NCBI GenBank assembly: GCA_011391125.1 | Contig: JAABRE010000014.1 | Location: forward strand, 4,109-68,108 | Direction of reading: 5' to 3' | Length of the DNA: 64,000 nt | Source: Synechococcales cyanobacterium S06 | Lineage (GTDB): Bacteria > Cyanobacteriota > Cyanobacteriia > Cyanobacteriales > JAABRE01 | Part shown: one piece after another, positions 1-10,397 of the stretch | How positions within the stretch are numbered: position 1 is the first letter of the stretch | Layout: each line of letters begins with the position of its first letter | Notes under the pieces: generated by a model | Databases searched by the model: none | Told to the model about the DNA's origin: nothing | The model's input: only the letters and a program-made list of their open reading frames with translations | Position numbers and translations under genes: made by a program

Positions 1-108
<108 letters not shown>

Positions 109-245
109 GATTGTTATATTTAGGAGCTAGGGTAGGGGTAGGCCTCGCGCCTATCCTTATCAAAAGTGACCAAATTTGACCGCAATTTAAAGTTAAAAAA
201 TTTCAAAATTAGCTATCTCTTGGAGCTAATTAGGGTAAAAAACAA

Positions 246-731
246 ATGACATACTGGACAATTTTGCTGGCAACAAAAGCCGTCGAAAAAACGGCCGAAG
301 GGGGATTATTTGATTTTGATGCCACTTTACCATTAATGGCCTTGCAATTCTTGGTCCTAGTAGCTTTACTCAATGCGGTTTTTTATAAACCTTTGAATAA
401 ATCTCTGGATGATCGAGCTGAGTATATTCGTCAAAACTTAGCTCAGGCCAAGGAAAGAAAGCAAAAATCAGAAAATCTCGCCAAACAATACGAACAAGAA
501 TTAAGAGAAGTTCGTCGTCAAGCTCAAGAAATTATTGCGAGTGCGCAAACCGAAGCACAAGGTATTGTAGCGGGGCAAATTAAAGAAGCACAACAAGGTT
601 TGCTCGCTGAGAGACAAAAAGCGGCGGCCGAAATTGAAGCTCAAAAAGCTCAAGCAATACTCGCTTTAGAAGCACAAGCGGAATCTCTGAGCGGACAGAT
701 TGTGCAGAAGCTTTTGGCAAATGTAGCTTAG
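246..731 (+). CDS. F0F1 ATP synthase subunit b' (cyanobacterial atpG)
   Basis: 161 aa with one N-terminal TM helix, then an Ala/Glu/Gln-rich coiled coil. It sits between c and b as in cyanobacterial atp1 operons. Confidence 0.85.
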   Translation: MTYWTILLATKAVEKTAEGGLFDFDATLPLMALQFLVLVALLNAVFYKPLNKSLDDRAEYIRQNLAQAKERKQKSENLAKQYEQELREVRRQAQEIIASAQTEAQGIVAGQIKEAQQGLLAERQKAAAEIEAQKAQAILALEAQAESLSGQIVQKLLANVA

Positions 732-837
732 TTAAATAATAAAACAACTATTCTCCGCCGCCCATAAGCTTGTTTTCCTGACCAATCTAACAAGGTGGGC
801 ATCGGGCCTGCCATCATAACATCAAATTTTTAGCAGG

Positions 838-1368
838 GTGGCTATCATGGGGATTTTCTCATACTTAGCGTCATCTCACGGTGGCCTAGGTTTGAACTTA
901 AACATATTTGAAACTAACTTAATTAACCTATCAATTATTCTTGGCTTGGTAGTTGTTTATGGTAGTAAACTCGTAGGCAACATCCTCAATGACAGAAAAG
1001 GCAGAATTGAAGAGGAAATTAAGGATGCCGAAACCCGCGCCTCTATTGCTGCTAAAGCTTTAGAACAAGCAAACCAAAATTTAGCCCAAGCTAAGGCCAA
1101 AGCTGAGAAAATTAAGGCCGAGGCTCAGGTTGATGCAACTCGTGCTGCTGAAGCGATTAAAGCTCAAGGAGCTAAAGAGCTGGAAAAACTCAAAGAGGCT
1201 GCTGGTAAGGAATTAGATTCTGAACAGGCTAAGGTGATGGCGGAATTAAAACAACGCATTGCTGTATTAGCGCTGGAGCGAGTAGAGTCGGAACTTAAGC
1301 AACGTCTTGATGGTTCGACCCAAACAAGATTAATTGATCACTCGATCGCCCAGCTAGGAGGTAAGTAA
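838..1368 (+). CDS. atpF: F0F1 ATP synthase subunit b
   Basis: 176 aa with an N-terminal TM helix and a long AEAKA-rich coiled coil. GTG start at 838; an alternative ATG lies at 847. The stop overlaps the next start (TAATG at 1366-1370). Confidence 0.85.
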   Translation: MAIMGIFSYLASSHGGLGLNLNIFETNLINLSIILGLVVVYGSKLVGNILNDRKGRIEEEIKDAETRASIAAKALEQANQNLAQAKAKAEKIKAEAQVDATRAAEAIKAQGAKELEKLKEAAGKELDSEQAKVMAELKQRIAVLALERVESELKQRLDGSTQTRLIDHSIAQLGGK

Positions 1369-1925
1369 TGGCAAGTAATTTAATTAGTGCCGGAGTTGGT
1401 GATCCTTACGCCGAAGCTTTAATGTCGATCGCCCAAGCGAATGGTTTAGAAGACCATTTTGGCGACGAGTTAAAGGGATTTTTATGGTTATTGGGAGAAT
1501 CCAAGGATTTTGAAGCTTTTTTAGCTAATCCTCTCCTGAAACCTCAAGATAAAAAAGCCATCATTAGACAGATTGCTGGTGAGGGAGTAAATCCTTTGCT
1601 GGTAAACTTTTTACTGTTCTTGGTTGATCGCCGCCGCATTATCTTTTTGTCAGCAATTGCCCAGAAATATCTGGAATTATTGCGCAAACTGAGAAATGCG
1701 GTCTTGGCCGATGTAACTTCTGCTTCGGAACTTAGTGACGAGCAGAAAAATGCGATCGCCGAGAAAGTGAAAACCATGACTGGAGCTGCTTCCGTTGAAA
1801 TCAGTACCAAAATTGACCCTAGTTTAATCGGTGGCGTAATTGTCAAAGTAGGTGATCAGGTCTTAGATGCTAGTTTAAGAGGGCAATTGCGCCGTCTTAG
1901 CATCAATTTGATGAGTAACCGTTAA
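1368..1925 (+). CDS. atpH: F0F1 ATP synthase subunit delta (OSCP)
   Basis: 185 aa with a C-terminal LIGGVIVKVGDQVLDASLRGQL delta/OSCP signature. GGAGG Shine-Dalgarno at 1353-1357. Operon position fits. Confidence 0.9.
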   Translation: MASNLISAGVGDPYAEALMSIAQANGLEDHFGDELKGFLWLLGESKDFEAFLANPLLKPQDKKAIIRQIAGEGVNPLLVNFLLFLVDRRRIIFLSAIAQKYLELLRKLRNAVLADVTSASELSDEQKNAIAEKVKTMTGAASVEISTKIDPSLIGGVIVKVGDQVLDASLRGQLRRLSINLMSNR

Positions 1926-1948
1926 AAAAAACAACTAAGCAAACATAA

Positions 1949-3469
<1,521 letters not shown>

Positions 3470-3478
3470 TCAGACCAA

Positions 3479-3524
3479 GCAGGCAAGATGCCTACTTCCA
3501 CTGTGGGGCAGGCATCTTGCCTGC
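3479..3524 (+). promoter_or_regulatory. Intra-operon stem-loop between atpA and the gamma-subunit gene
   Basis: GCAGGCAAGATGCCT (3479-3493) pairs perfectly with AGGCATCTTGCCTGC (3510-3524), giving a 15-bp stem. No T-run follows. Confidence 0.6.
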
Positions 3525-3554
3525 CTAATTTATAGTAATTGAGATTTACAACAG

Positions 3555-4499
3555 ATGGCTAATCTTAAGGATATTCGCGATCGCATTGAATCGGTAAAAA
3601 ATACCAAAAAAATTACCGAAGCGATGCGTCTTGTGGCAGCGGCCAAAGTACGTCGCGCCCAAGAACAAGTAAATGCTACTCGCCCTTTTGCTGATACTTT
3701 GGCACAAGTCCTTTATGGCCTGCAAAATCGCTTAAAGTTTGAGGAAGCAGACCTTCCTCTCCTCAAACAGAGAGAGGTTAAATGTGTCGGATTATTGGTC
3801 GTTTCGGGCGATCGTGGTTTATGCGGTGGTTATAATGCCAACGTGATCCGTCGCGCTGAACAACGTGCCAAGGAATTGAAAGCTGAAGGTTTAGATTATA
3901 AGTTTGTAATCGTTGGCCGTAAAGCAACCCAGTATTTTGAGCGTCGTAATGAACCGATTGACAAAAATTATACTGGTTTAGAGCAAATTCCTTCGGCTGC
4001 TGAAGCAGGGGAAATTGCTGATGAATTACTCTCTTTGTTCCTCTCGGAAACAGTGGATCGGGTTGAGTTAATTTACAGTAAGTTCCTCTCTTTGATTAGT
4101 TCTAAACCGGTTATTCAAACTTTGTTACCTTTGACAACCCAAGGTTTAGAGCCTCAAGATGATGAAATTTTCCGCTTAACAACTAAAGGCGGCCAGTTTC
4201 AAGTTGAACGGGAAAAAGTTGCTAATGAGGTGGCTAGTCTTCCCCAAGATATGATTTTTGAACAGGACCCAGCGCAAATTTTAGATGCACTTTTGCCACT
4301 GTACCTGAATAATCAATTGTTGAGGGCTTTACAGGAAGCCGCAGCTAGTGAATTGGCAGCTCGGATGACTGCCATGAACAACGCTAGTGACAACGCTTCT
4401 GATTTGATGAAATCTCTGACTTTATCTTACAATAAGGCGCGTCAAGCTGCGATTACCCAAGAACTTCTTGAAGTTGTTGCCGGTGCAAACGCAATTTAA
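3555..4499 (+). CDS. atpG: F0F1 ATP synthase subunit gamma (cyanobacterial atpC)
   Basis: 314 aa. N-terminal [36 protein letters not shown] and C-terminal [22 protein letters not shown] are gamma signatures. Confidence 0.97.
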   Translation: MANLKDIRDRIESVKNTKKITEAMRLVAAAKVRRAQEQVNATRPFADTLAQVLYGLQNRLKFEEADLPLLKQREVKCVGLLVVSGDRGLCGGYNANVIRRAEQRAKELKAEGLDYKFVIVGRKATQYFERRNEPIDKNYTGLEQIPSAAEAGEIADELLSLFLSETVDRVELIYSKFLSLISSKPVIQTLLPLTTQGLEPQDDEIFRLTTKGGQFQVEREKVANEVASLPQDMIFEQDPAQILDALLPLYLNNQLLRALQEAAASELAARMTAMNNASDNASDLMKSLTLSYNKARQAAITQELLEVVAGANAI

Positions 4500-4512
4500 T
4501 TAATGTTAATTG

Positions 4513-4564
4513 ATAATTGGCGGTTGATAGTTTTTCGTAAATTATTGACCGTCAATTATTTTTT
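4513..4564 (+). terminator. Rho-independent terminator of the atp operon
   Basis: ATAATTGGCGGT (4513-4524) pairs with ACCGTCAATTAT (4548-4559) with one G-T wobble. It is followed by TTTTT (4560-4564), 14 nt after the gamma stop. Confidence 0.7.
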
Positions 4565-4573
4565 AAAACTTGT

Positions 4574-4993
4574 TTATTCCCAAGGATTATATATTTTTAC
4601 AGCGCTATTTTTCATGTCTTTAATATTTCTAGTAACTAAAGTCTTATGATAAATAATAGCTGTCGCTACAATTAAACTATCAATAGCCGGCATTTTATTT
4701 CCTTGTTTTTCAGTAGTTGCTATAATTTCGCCCCATGTTAAAGCTATATCAATATCAATATTTAATATTCTTGTTTGAAAACGGGGAATTAGCTCTTGAT
4801 TTAACCACTTATTAAGTGTATTTCTCTTTTGAGAATCAGGTAATTTAGATATTCCTTTTTGGATTTCACCAATAGTTATGGCTGATAAAAATAGGGTCTC
4901 TTCTGAACAGGAATTTATCCAATTAATAACTTGAGAATTTGGTTTTATTTTAGTTAATTCTGAAATTACACAAGTATCTAATAAAAAAGTCAA
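4574..4993 (-). CDS. vapC: Type II toxin, PIN-domain VapC family
   Basis: 139 aa. N-terminal FLLDTCVISE carries the PIN acidic residue. There is a 4-nt overlap with an upstream small antitoxin gene. Confidence 0.85.
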   Translation of the reverse strand: MTFLLDTCVISELTKIKPNSQVINWINSCSEETLFLSAITIGEIQKGISKLPDSQKRNTLNKWLNQELIPRFQTRILNIDIDIALTWGEIIATTEKQGNKMPAIDSLIVATAIIYHKTLVTRNIKDMKNSAVKIYNPWE

Positions 4994-5238
4994 AACTCAA
5001 CCTCCCTACCAAAATCGTCTTCTCTTTCTAAGTCTAATTCCACTCCATATAAGGGCGATTTTTGAAAAAACTCGACCAATCCATTTTTAGGTTTAGTTAA
5101 TTTTTGATAGTCATTTATAGACAGTATAACTACTGTTTCTGTACTATTTTTTATGACTATTTGTGGACCGTTTTGAATTGCGTTTTCTACTACTTCATTA
5201 AACTTATTTTTTAGGTCTTGTAATTGCCATGTCTTCAT
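4990..5238 (-). CDS. Type II antitoxin, Phd/YefM-like
   Basis: 82 aa. MKTWQLQDLKNKFNEVVENAIQNGPQIVIKNSTETVVILSINDYQKL matches the Phd/YefM N-terminal fold pattern. It overlaps vapC. Confidence 0.8.
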   Translation of the reverse strand: MKTWQLQDLKNKFNEVVENAIQNGPQIVIKNSTETVVILSINDYQKLTKPKNGLVEFFQKSPLYGVELDLEREDDFGREVEF

Positions 5239-5330
5239 AATTTTACTCAGATTATTTTACTAACTAGATTATAACTTAAATAGAAATCTTTTTTTTTGAT
5301 GTCAATATGTAAACCAGTTGTATAGTTTTG

Positions 5331-5396
5331 TAGGGTGGGCAATTGGCTCATATTTGAGTTACGATAGCTTAAAATTTAATTAATTGCCCACCTTAA
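5331..5396 (+). repeat. 66-nt hairpin repeat, copy A (GGTGGGCAATT ... AATTGCCCACC)
   Basis: 11-bp perfect inverted termini (5335-5345 and 5382-5392). 64 of 66 nt are identical to copy B at 8285-8350 in the same orientation. Confidence 0.9.
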
Positions 5397-5425
5397 AATT
5401 TATCTAAAATTGGAGCAATGGACTG

Positions 5426-5542
5426 ATGAAAACTCAAGATAAATTAACAACTTTACCAGATTATTTAAACCTTAATTATCCGATTACTTTTTATCCCGAA
5501 ACTGAGGGAGGTTATACTATAATTATTCAAGATTTAGTTTAA
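5426..5542 (+). pseudogene. HicB-like antitoxin, N-terminal remnant (38 codons)
   Basis: MKTQDKLTTLPDYLNLNYPITFYPETEGGYTIIIQDLV-stop. It matches the HicB N-terminal pattern (YP-x-x-x-x-P-E-x-GGY ... DLPG) but ends where DLPGC would follow. Confidence 0.55.
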
Positions 5543-5603
5543 CCTATTTAAAATTAGGGTTAGAATATCCCCAAGGATTGCCAGATTTTTTGACCAGATG
5601 GTG

Positions 5604-6971
5604 TCAGAAACCCTTGCAAAAATGGAAGATTGAAAATGATTTTCCTAAAGATTGGAAAGATAAACAATTAAAAGAAGATAAACGATCAATTAATTGATAA
5701 TCGGGTTGCATTTCTACAAAAATAAAACGTCTTCTTACCGCAAAATCTACTAGAGCAATACTTCTATCAGCAGAATTCATCGTACCAATAATATGTAAAT
5801 TAGGAGGTAATTGAATTGTGAATTTTTCATTATCATCATCACTTAAACTAATATCAATGCTTTTATCCCTATCTAAAACATATAATAATTCACCAAAAAT
5901 TGCGCTGATATTACCTCTATTTATTTCATCTATAACCAGTAAATATTTTTTATTTTGGTTGCTATTTGTATCTACATTTTGCAAAAATTTAATTAACACA
6001 CCTGGAACGTATTTTATACTATTATTTTCAATGGTTTTACCATAAATAAACTCTTGATAAGTATAATTTTGGTGAAATTGAACTTTAAGAATATTATTAT
6101 ATTTTTCAGATATTCTATCAATTATAAATGATTTTCCTGTACCCGGTACTCCTGTTAAAATTAGTTGTTTATATTTATTCAGTAAATGCCAAAGTTTATT
6201 TTCTGTAAGCATCATATATTTGTTTAAATAAGTTTTTTCTGATGAAAATAAGATAGAAAATTTAGTAGTTAAGTCAGAATTTGACTGCTGATAATCAAGA
6301 TCAACTAAATTATCTATTTCTAAATATTCTCTAGATTCTTGAGCTTTAATTTTTTGTTCACTAAATTTTATCTTAATTGAATCTTGAACATCAAATAATT
6401 GTTTAACTTGATTATAATTTAACTTATAGTCTTGATAAAAATATTCTTTTAAATCGTCAAAATTAGTAAAATTTTCTAAAGAATGACATCTATATAACCA
6501 AATAATTAATGCTGATAAAGAAAATTTCTGGTCATACATTTCTAATCTAGTTCTTATAGATGTACTTTTTAAACGATAAGTTTTATCTTTCCCTTTTTCT
6601 AAAAGATGATCACTAATACTATTATCAATAGTATCTTTAACACGGGAAAAAATGCTATTAAAATTAGTTTTAGGATTATAAAATTGTTTATTTTTGTCAG
6701 AAAATCGAGTTAAAAAAAGACACCAATTAGAGTTTCCTATTTCATTTTCGAGATCAAACATTCCTCCCAATTCATAAATACTTAATTTTCCTAATTCTTG
6801 ATCTTGATACAATTCTGAATGGGTTATCCACTTACTTGAACTAATCCCTAATTTTGATAAAAAGAGATAAATTGGCAATGTATCAATATTACCTTTTTTC
6901 CCAGCAATATATTTAACATTTGCTAAGTTCGTAATCACTTGAAAAATTGTTTCTTTAGCAAAATAAGACAT
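5604..6971 (-). CDS. McrB-like AAA+ GTPase restriction subunit with an uncharacterised ~265-aa N-terminal domain; probably C-terminally truncated
   Basis: Walker A LTGVPGTGKS, then LLVIDEINRGNISAIFGELLYVL, IIGTMNSADRS and AVRRRF (McrB signature set). Only 39 aa follow RRRF. It lies 6 nt downstream of the methyltransferase gene. Confidence 0.8.
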   Translation of the reverse strand: MSYFAKETIFQVITNLANVKYIAGKKGNIDTLPIYLFLSKLGISSSKWITHSELYQDQELGKLSIYELGGMFDLENEIGNSNWCLFLTRFSDKNKQFYNPKTNFNSIFSRVKDTIDNSISDHLLEKGKDKTYRLKSTSIRTRLEMYDQKFSLSALIIWLYRCHSLENFTNFDDLKEYFYQDYKLNYNQVKQLFDVQDSIKIKFSEQKIKAQESREYLEIDNLVDLDYQQSNSDLTTKFSILFSSEKTYLNKYMMLTENKLWHLLNKYKQLILTGVPGTGKSFIIDRISEKYNNILKVQFHQNYTYQEFIYGKTIENNSIKYVPGVLIKFLQNVDTNSNQNKKYLLVIDEINRGNISAIFGELLYVLDRDKSIDISLSDDDNEKFTIQLPPNLHIIGTMNSADRSIALVDFAVRRRFIFVEMQPDYQLIDRLSSFNCLSFQSLGKSFSIFHFCKGF

Positions 6972-6977
6972 AATTCT

Positions 6978-8045
6978 TTAAGAAAAATATTGTAATTTAA
7001 TACTTTTAGCTAAATGAAAAGCTAACTGAGAAGGTACTGCATTCCCAATCATTTTATACTTTTGCATAACCGAACAACCCAAAAATTTAAAATGATCAGG
7101 AAAAGACTGAAATCTTGCTATTTCACGGACAGAATAACGTCTATTTTCTAACGGATGAATAATTCCTGAATTTTCTGGAGTAGCTGCTGCTGTAATAGTT
7201 CCCATTATTTCCTGAAGAGAAAATCGACGATAAAAATTGGGCGATCGATATTCCTTAATATTATTTCTCATTTTTTTCAATCTTTCTGGTAATTCCTGAT
7301 AGGGAATATCTTTCCAAGAACCTCCTTCGGGGATAAATTTTGTTAAATGTAATGATTGTGGTGATAAATTCCACATTTCTATTTCTTCATCTTCTGGTAA
7401 TGGTTTTTCGATAACTTTTTTTATTACTAATTCTTCTTGATCTAAGAGAGGTTCAGGAAAGATAAAAGGAGAAGTTAAATCATCACGAACTCCGACTAAA
7501 AAAACCCTATATCTATTTTGAGGTACTTCATAATCGGCCGCATTAAGTAATTTATAGGATAAATTATAACCTACATTTTTTAGCTCTAAAGTTATTCTCT
7601 CAGGCATTGTTAAACCATTTTCATCTTTAGCAGATAAAAAACCTCTCACATTTTCAAAGATAACAATTTTAGGCTTTTTTAACTTTAAAATTTCTATTAC
7701 TTGTCCAAACAAAACACCTCGATCATCATGGGTTGAATTTCGATTCCCCGCACTAGAAAAAGGTTGGCAAGGTATTCCAGCCAAAATAATATCACCTTCT
7801 GGTAAACTTTTTTTATCTATTTCCTGAATATCTTTAATCAAAATATCACCAAGATTATATTTATAAGTCTTTTCTACTGATGATTCAATATCATTAGCAA
7901 ATACAATTTCATAACCAGCTTTATTAAAGCCATAATCAAAACCTCCACAACCACTAAAAAGACTGATAACTTTAGGTTGTGTATCTGGTAATTCTTTTAA
8001 GTTATTTTGCCAAGAAAATAAATTAAATTGAGTCGTTGCTGTCAT
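6978..8045 (-). CDS. DNA (cytosine-5)-methyltransferase
   Basis: 355 aa with motif I FSGCGG, motif IV GIPCQPFS, motif VI ENV, motif VIII QNRYRVF and motif X GNAVP. Confidence 0.95.
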   Translation of the reverse strand: MTATTQFNLFSWQNNLKELPDTQPKVISLFSGCGGFDYGFNKAGYEIVFANDIESSVEKTYKYNLGDILIKDIQEIDKKSLPEGDIILAGIPCQPFSSAGNRNSTHDDRGVLFGQVIEILKLKKPKIVIFENVRGFLSAKDENGLTMPERITLELKNVGYNLSYKLLNAADYEVPQNRYRVFLVGVRDDLTSPFIFPEPLLDQEELVIKKVIEKPLPEDEEIEMWNLSPQSLHLTKFIPEGGSWKDIPYQELPERLKKMRNNIKEYRSPNFYRRFSLQEIMGTITAAATPENSGIIHPLENRRYSVREIARFQSFPDHFKFLGCSVMQKYKMIGNAVPSQLAFHLAKSIKLQYFS

Positions 8046-8284
8046 TTTACAAATTTTAATTAGTATAGATGATTAAGATTTTTATATTTTAGTCAAAACT
8101 AAATAATATTTACAAATATAAAAATCTATTCTATCAATACAATTTAAGTATTGTCAAGCAGAAAATATTAGGACTCATTTTACTTGGTTAAAGGATAGTA
8201 ATGTTAACAGTAATGGTATCAAATTCTCTGATAATAAATCCCCAGAAAATTACCAAGAATTGCGGGTAATTCGCGTTAGTTATC

Positions 8285-8350
8285 TAGGGTGGGCAATTGG
8301 CTTATATTTGAGTTACGATAGCTAAAAATTTAATTAATTGCCCACCTTAA
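8285..8350 (+). repeat. 66-nt hairpin repeat, copy B
   Basis: Differs from copy A at 2 positions and has the same orientation. It lies 240 nt upstream of the methyltransferase start. Confidence 0.9.
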
Positions 8351-8359
8351 TTTTAGTCA

Positions 8360-8662
8360 TTATTCTAAGTTGCGCTTTTGCCAATAATTTGGCCGACGTT
8401 TTCCATGGGCGATCGCCACAACCCAGATAAAAGCTTCTAATTCTGTATAAAAAATGAGGTAGGGAAAACGGCGAATTACACAGTAACGTAAGCTTTTAAT
8501 TGTATAAGATTTGCCTAGATTCGGATTAATTTTAATCTTTTCGAGAACTTGTTCAATTTCAGAGAGCAAATCTAGTCCTAATCCTCTCTTTTGCTTTTCA
8601 TAATATTCCATGGCCTTGTCAAGCTCTCGTTTGGCTTCACTATGAATAACAATAGATTTCAT
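8360..8662 (-). CDS. Type II toxin, RelE/ParE family
   Basis: 100 aa with a basic C-terminus and YRVIRRFPYLIFY-like core. It has a 4-nt overlap with an upstream small acidic antitoxin gene. Confidence 0.8.
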   Translation of the reverse strand: MKSIVIHSEAKRELDKAMEYYEKQKRGLGLDLLSEIEQVLEKIKINPNLGKSYTIKSLRYCVIRRFPYLIFYTELEAFIWVVAIAHGKRRPNYWQKRNLE

Positions 8663-8889
8663 GAATATTTCGCTCTCAATTCTGATAATACTTGATCTGC
8701 TGATTCACTATTAGCAAATCCTTCCTGAATTTCTGCTAATCTTTGGGTTAATTCCTGCTCCCAGACCGAGAAAATATTGTCATCTACATCTTCATCTAGG
8801 GAATGGATGAGAAAATAAGCTAATTCGGCGCGATCTTGCACAGGAAGTTGAGCAAGTTCTCTTTTGAAGTTTTCTGCTGTTTTAGTCAT
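8659..8889 (-). CDS. Addiction-module antitoxin (small acidic helical protein)
   Basis: 76 aa, acidic (LDEDVDDNIFSVWEQEL). It is translationally coupled to the RelE/ParE toxin. Confidence 0.7.
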   Translation of the reverse strand: MTKTAENFKRELAQLPVQDRAELAYFLIHSLDEDVDDNIFSVWEQELTQRLAEIQEGFANSESADQVLSELRAKYS

Positions 8890-9083
8890 GGTAAAAACTT
8901 TTATAACCAGTCATCTTAAATTATAGTGTATTACTAATTAACAGTGAATAACAAGCTAAAATGTGGGTTGCTGATGAATCTTGGCTACCCTACCTTAATT
9001 ATGAAACTGAAATTCAAGCTGAGTTTTTGATTTGGTATAATCAAGGGCTTGATTATTTCAGTTTCAATAATTATTAATAATTA

Positions 9084-9653
9084 TTAATTATCCTTGTCCA
9101 TGGTTAATGAAAGTTGATTTACAATTTCTTCTAATATTTTTTCTGGTGTATTTTCTCCGTTAATTGTTAATAGTTTGTGACGGCGATCGTAGTATTCTAA
9201 AATGGGAATCGTACGCTCTTCAAACATCTCAATTTTACGTTTAATAATGTCGGCTTGATCATCCTCTCGATTGCGGGATTGAGATCGCCTGATCATCACT
9301 GACTCTTTAACCTCCAAATAAATCGCCCAATTCAGACGTTGATTTACTTCTTCGAGTAAAAAATCCAACTCCTCCGCTTGAAAAGCCCTTCGAGGATAAC
9401 CCTGCAAAAGCCAACCCTTGCTTAAATCCGGTTTCAGAAGACGTTCCCGCATAAATTCGATTAATATTTCATCAGGCACAAAATCTCCCTTGGCGACAAA
9501 ATCCTGAGCTTTGAGACCTAAAAAAGATTGGGTGGCGATCGCCTCCCGCAAAATATCCCCCGTGGCAATTTTGGTAATCTGAAGATGTTCGGCCAATAAA
9601 TCCGATTGTGTAGCTTTACCGGCCTCTGGTCCACCTAAAATAATCAATTTCAT
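9084..9653 (-). CDS. adk: Adenylate kinase (short-LID type)
   Basis: MKLIILGGPEAGKATQ P-loop, TGDILR, GFLLQGYPR-like (GWLLQGYPR). The most likely start is the ATG at 9653; the ORF track extends to 9668. Confidence 0.85.
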   Translation of the reverse strand: MKLIILGGPEAGKATQSDLLAEHLQITKIATGDILREAIATQSFLGLKAQDFVAKGDFVPDEILIEFMRERLLKPDLSKGWLLQGYPRRAFQAEELDFLLEEVNQRLNWAIYLEVKESVMIRRSQSRNREDDQADIIKRKIEMFEERTIPILEYYDRRHKLLTINGENTPEKILEEIVNQLSLTMDKDN

Positions 9654-9860
9654 GAACGTAATCCTCAACTTTAAAAATTTAATAAAATTTTAACTTTCCA
9701 GCAGAACGAATCTGGGTTATTTGAGTAAATATATCATTAATGAATCTTAAAGTTTCATCTATATTTAGTGTTTAATTCGAGCTATAATCGAATAACTACA
9801 CTATATATTGTATATATTGGTGTTGTGGTTTAATACCCAATCCCGACAAATTTAGATTAT

Positions 9861-10397
9861 ATGATTGCACAGCTAACAACGACTCTGGACACTTCCTTGT
9901 CTTCAAAACCCCACAAAATTGAGGGAATGATACAAGTATTTACGAGCACTCAGCGTAATTTTTATACCGATGTCATGGTCCAAGCTTTAATTTGCGCAGG
10001 TCATGGTACACCCGTGTTAGTGGTACAGTTTCTTAAAGGTGGAATTAACCAGGGTCCGAATCAACCCGTACAATTAGGCGAAAATTTAGATTGGTTAAGA
10101 TGTAATTTACCCCGTTCTGTGTATAATTCCCAGTTAGAACCTGCTGAAATACAAGCTTTAAACTTGTTATGGGAACATACGCAAAAAGTCGTTTTAGAAG
10201 GGCGTTATTCTCTGATTATTTTAGAGGAATTAAGTTTAGCAATTAATTATGGTTTAATTCCTGAAACTGAGGTAATTAATCTGATTCAAAAGCGTCCGAC
10301 TCATGTAGATTTAATTCTTACTGGTCCAGAAATGCCAGAATCTATCTTAAATATAGCCGATCAAATTACCCAAATTCGCCGTAGTTGCCACGATTAA
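9861..10397 (+). CDS. CobO/BtuR-like cob(I)alamin adenosyltransferase-family protein lacking the P-loop
   Basis: 178 aa. IQVFTSTQRNFYTDVMVQALICAGHGTPVLVVQFLKGG aligns to the family N-terminus, but the GxGKGKTT box is replaced by STQRNFYT. The C-terminal DLILTG ... AD.IT fits the family. Confidence 0.6.
   Translation: MIAQLTTTLDTSLSSKPHKIEGMIQVFTSTQRNFYTDVMVQALICAGHGTPVLVVQFLKGGINQGPNQPVQLGENLDWLRCNLPRSVYNSQLEPAEIQALNLLWEHTQKVVLEGRYSLIILEELSLAINYGLIPETEVINLIQKRPTHVDLILTGPEMPESILNIADQITQIRRSCHD

Noticed and set aside
5818-6045. 75-aa plus-strand ORF inside the McrB-like gene
   Set aside because: It is an antisense shadow ORF in extremely AT-rich DNA.
8961-9095. 44-codon plus-strand ORF (MWVADESWLPYLNYETEIQAEFLIWYNQGLDYFSFNNY) between the antitoxin gene and adk
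   Set aside because: It is short, has no recognisable family and overlaps the adk 3' end. It may be a gene remnant, but I cannot support it.
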